Made by a program: the position numbers and the translations under genes. DNA of 64,000 nt from Stegostoma tigrinum. Lineage: Eukaryota. How positions within the stretch are numbered: position 1 is the stretch's first letter; every line of letters starts with the position of its first letter. The DNA lies in NCBI RefSeq assembly GCF_030684315.1, contig NC_081368.1:57241734-57305733 (forward strand), given 5' to 3'. Below, piece by piece: positions 60,051 through 64,000 of the stretch. A model generated the notes under the pieces. The model searched no databases and was not told where the DNA came from. It saw only the letters and a program-made list of their open reading frames with translations.

Positions 60051-62312
60051 TTTTACTCAGCCTGATGTGAAGTGATCTGTCTCACATTTTTTTTTATTGA
60101 ACTTTTCCAGTAGCTCTTTGAAATTACTGAATGCATTATGCAGGCCATTGCAGAAGACAGGCAGGAGTAAACTATTGCTGTGGTCAGGAGTCACATACAT
60201 CAGGTAAGAGCAACACATTTCTTCTTCTAAAGGACACTTGTGAATCAAATAGATTTTTGTGGCAATCCAATTGTTACAAGTGGCTGAATTCAAACAGAAA
60301 TTGGTTAAGTATCAATTTTAAGAAGGGTTTCTATCCACAAGGCCAAGGGAATCCTGGGTTCCTGGTGGTGGTGACATGTTTACAAAGCAATTGTACACAA
60401 ACTCAAGTGCTCGTAGTCTGGAGCTATCATGAACAAATAGCTCATCATTTTCTCCAGGCACGTCAGACAGGGAGAAGTGTTGCCCAGATTCGTAGACAGA
60501 GACCTGGAAGTCCAGTGTAGAGGAGGACTATCCATTTCCCTTTGTACTTTGTGAAAACATGTGTTACCCCTAAGCTTCAAAGAATCCTTCAGCCTAAAAA
60601 AATTCTAACAGATCTTGAAGCACAACAGTTTATTTTTCTATATCATAAAACCTCCTAGGTGAACAAAAACCCATTGATGCTGCTAAAGTTGTTCTTGCAA
60701 ACTGTTTAAAATAGATCACCATGGCTGTAGAAACAGTTACAAATTAAGCATCAACCTGGGGCACACGCAAAATCCATATGTTATTAACCCAAAATTAAAT
60801 TGAATGATGTCGAAAAAAAATTACGTATAGCATACTGTTCATATCCACACAGGTATTAGATACCAAAGTCAATGGACAGGTCCCTGCAGTGTGCTCTGAG
60901 ATGTTAGTGACTGGTCTCCAAGATGTAAGTCCAGACGAGCAACTCACGGGCATGGGTCATCAGGTAACATCTCTGACTTTCATGTGAGGGATCAAGTTCC
61001 TCCAGTTTCTATTCACCAGTTGGGAGAATGGGAGACTGTACATAAATGGGATGAGCTGAGGCAATTGCAAGATATCTATGTATGCTAATGAATGTAAATA
61101 GGTCTTTCACTGCTAAGTAACAAACTTCTGTCTTTTATTTGGTTGGAAAATGGGACCTTTTGCCTTCAAAGTTAACAAGTTCCTCACTAGTTATCTCAGG
61201 TGAATTTCCCAAATTTCTTGCCAATACTCAGTGCCTGAGAAAATTCCACCCCATGGTCATCCATGCTAGCATTTTGCTCGACACTTTTTTAAATTCATTG
61301 AATTTAAATTCACTCAGCTGCCAGGATGGAGGTGAACTCATAATCCTTAAGCAATGACCAAGGCCTTTGGACCACCCACCGTGTTAACAAGTACATATTC
61401 TTCTTCAAGCTACAGAGAATAGAAATACATTGGTTGCATTTATTGTGAGCTGTCATTGGTGATGTAGATATATCTGGAATAGCTGCTGCCTGAATCAAAG
61501 ATGGTAATGCCCATATAATCACAATGCAGGGTGAAACCAAACAACTGAGCATTGGCTCACTGAAATCAATGGGCACTCCAACTCCTGCTGCAGCAATCGT
61601 TAAAAATATTTTCATTTGGAATATAGAACTTTGAAAGAAGTTCTTGGAAAGTTGACTTTTGCAGAAAAATATCTCCCTGAATTTATATTTCCACTGATAC
61701 TGGCTGGAAAAGGGCTGGCTTCACTTCATGGATGTCCAACTGTGTGATCAACCTTCTATCAGATTAATGGGCTTCTGCTGGCCGTGTGTTTCAAAAGGGA
61801 AAATTTTTGATTAAGCTGTGAAGTCATGATACACTTTAACAGATCTCCAGAAAAACCTTGGATGTACAAAATGAGCTGTCTGTGTGAATAGTCGCAGGAG
61901 CCTCTCGTGAAATAAGAGGAAGTCTTGTCAGATCAAATTTAGCCGGCTGTCCACCGTGGTATCCACACATACACAAATGCATTCTGGTGAAGGCTGGGTT
62001 GTGGCAGAATGACATCATTGGCTACCTTTCGTACATTCACGTGATCCAGCGGCTATTTTACTAGTGATTTTTGTGCCAAGGCTAATTGTTTTGAAATACA
62101 TCTGAAGTGAAGAATGTGTTGGAAAAGGGTTGGATGAACTAAAAGTCAGATGTGAAAACATGAACTAAATGTGTATGTCATTAGAAGTTAGTTCACAGGT
62201 ACACAAGCTAATACAAAAATAAAATGTTCTGCTGAAATTTAAAAAAAATGTTTGGTTCTAAAACCCCAGCAATATTAGTGCAAAACTCAGGTTCTACACA
62301 GACCTCATTTAG

Positions 62313-63106
62313 AGACAACAAGAACTGCAGGTGTTGGAGTCAGAGATAACACAGTGTGGATCTGGAGGAACACAGCATGCCAGGCAGCATCAGTGGAGCA
62401 AGAAAGCTGACTTTTCAGGTCGGGGCCTTTCTTCAGAACTGGTGAGGGGGAAGGACGCTCTGACATAAATACAGCGAGGAGGTGTGGGGCTGGAGGAACC
62501 TAGGTGGGATGGTGACAGGTGGATGCAGGTAGGGGATAGTGGGGTTTGGTCAGTGGGAAGAATGAGGCAGGTAGGTTGCAGAGAAGATGCACAGGTTTGT
62601 CAGGCCAAAGAGATGAGAGGGAGGATAGGAGGCACTGGGGAACGGTAGGTGGGATGGTGTTTGGGCCGATGGCGTCAGCGGGAGAAGCTGAGGCAAGAGC
62701 ACGATTAATCACACCAGGCAAACTGAGAGGGAAATCCTGGATAGAGTTGGGTTCTGGGGCAATGCAGGAGGCCTGTGTTTGGTGATCAACAGCGACAGCA
62801 GGAGAGGCCAAGGCAGCCATATGGTTAATGGTGTCGGGAAAATTGGTCAACAATTACCTTTCCCAAGCCCCACCTATCCTCCATTTCATCCCATTGACCA
62901 GACACAGCCTAGCCATTCTCCCTCCAACCTATCCACTCCAACCTTCCCACTGACCTATCCCCACTACTCACCTTGCTGCATCCACCTGTCACCATCCCAC
63001 CTACCTTTATCTAGCCCCTCTTCGACTCACTCTATTTATTTCCTAGCTCCCTTCCCTCTCTGCAGTTCTGAAGAACAGTTCTGGCTCAAAATGTTGACTT
63101 TCCCAA
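62313..63106. mobile_element. Older Penelope inverted-pLTR element with 11-bp TSD
   Basis: G-rich left arm with tail (62313-~62570) and C-rich inverted right arm (~62860-63104). Perfect TSD acctcatttag (62302-62312 / 63107-63117). Confidence 0.88.
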
Positions 63107-64000
63107 ACCTCATTTAGGTCTTGGTTCTCAGCTTTGGGCATTTTATATTGACAATGCATTGTTACATATTTTAACAAACCCTCCTGAGAACACTTTGATT
63201 TTCCCGCTATATTCTCCTGATATTGTCCACCACTAGCCCTTTCAAATATATCTTGCTGAGGCCTCTGGCCTTTCTCTCTTTTCTCTGCTTAAGCTGAGGT
63301 CAGGCACCACAAGTCAATCTGCCTGACAGCCTTTCAATCTGGTTTATTACAGCTGGGAAAGAAAGATGGAAAGTGTGAATCAAATCCCACCATTACATTC
63401 TAATTCCATATCTTTCTTTAGCATCCTTTACTCCTCCAATAAATCTCAACTTTAAATATTCCACAATATGGGCATTGCCTGAGATTCTGTTATTTTCTGT
63501 TGATAGTGAATGACTAATCCAATTTCACTTGCATTTTCTGTTGAATTTTGTATCCATTGCATTTGCAGATCTCTTACTCTTTTCCTTTAGCGGATTTTTC
63601 TTACTTCTTGTTCCATATTGATCACTCCCATATCTTGTCATATTATTATTTGCACATTCTTTTGCCCTTTTAATACCTCCATATTTTCTCCTCAATACCA
63701 CTTAACTTTTTTCTGTGAAACATTTTGCATGTTTTTTTTCACCATTAGCTTCCAAATAGTGATTGGTTGTTCTCCTAATCCGCTTTCCCCCTTTATCTCC
63801 AGACTTTTCAGACTTTAGTTTGTACAGTTCAACAACTATATGCTGAAATATAACAACATGTCATTTCTGTTTACAATTTCTGACCAACTATGTGATTAAA
63901 ACTTGCTTTTTTTGATCACTAGACTTTACTAAAACACTAATTAATAACATATATTCCAATATTTTTAGTCATAACAACATTTTGAATTAGAAATGTCTTG

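Overview
This is a non-coding, AT-rich and CpG-depleted vertebrate window. The repeat inventory (CR1/HER1-type LINEs, an HE1-type SINE, a Deu-domain SINE and Neptune-type Penelope elements) points to a cartilaginous fish, probably a carpet shark; that assignment is recalled from repeat families, not from a search. No host protein-coding gene is recognisable, and the best host-gene signal is one 26-29 nt microexon candidate (14956-14984, +). The only long ORF (35273-36742, -) is the RT plus GIY-YIG endonuclease of a young, 5'-truncated Penelope-like element (PLE) with a perfect 13-bp target-site duplication (TSD). The most striking pattern is about 13 PLE-related inserts, most of them ORF-less or fold-back. 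They carry a minimal hammerhead-ribozyme-like core (CUGANGA-A-stem II-GAAACGUC) with subfamily-specific stem II sequences. Seven have readable 11-15-bp TSDs, several have an asymmetric ~33-nt tail, and many truncation or inversion points fall at the ribozyme. The rest is decayed CR1, L2-like, Rex/Babar, Gypsy, Harbinger and hAT remnants, often nested. Everything was read by eye, so boundaries of old repeats are approximate.
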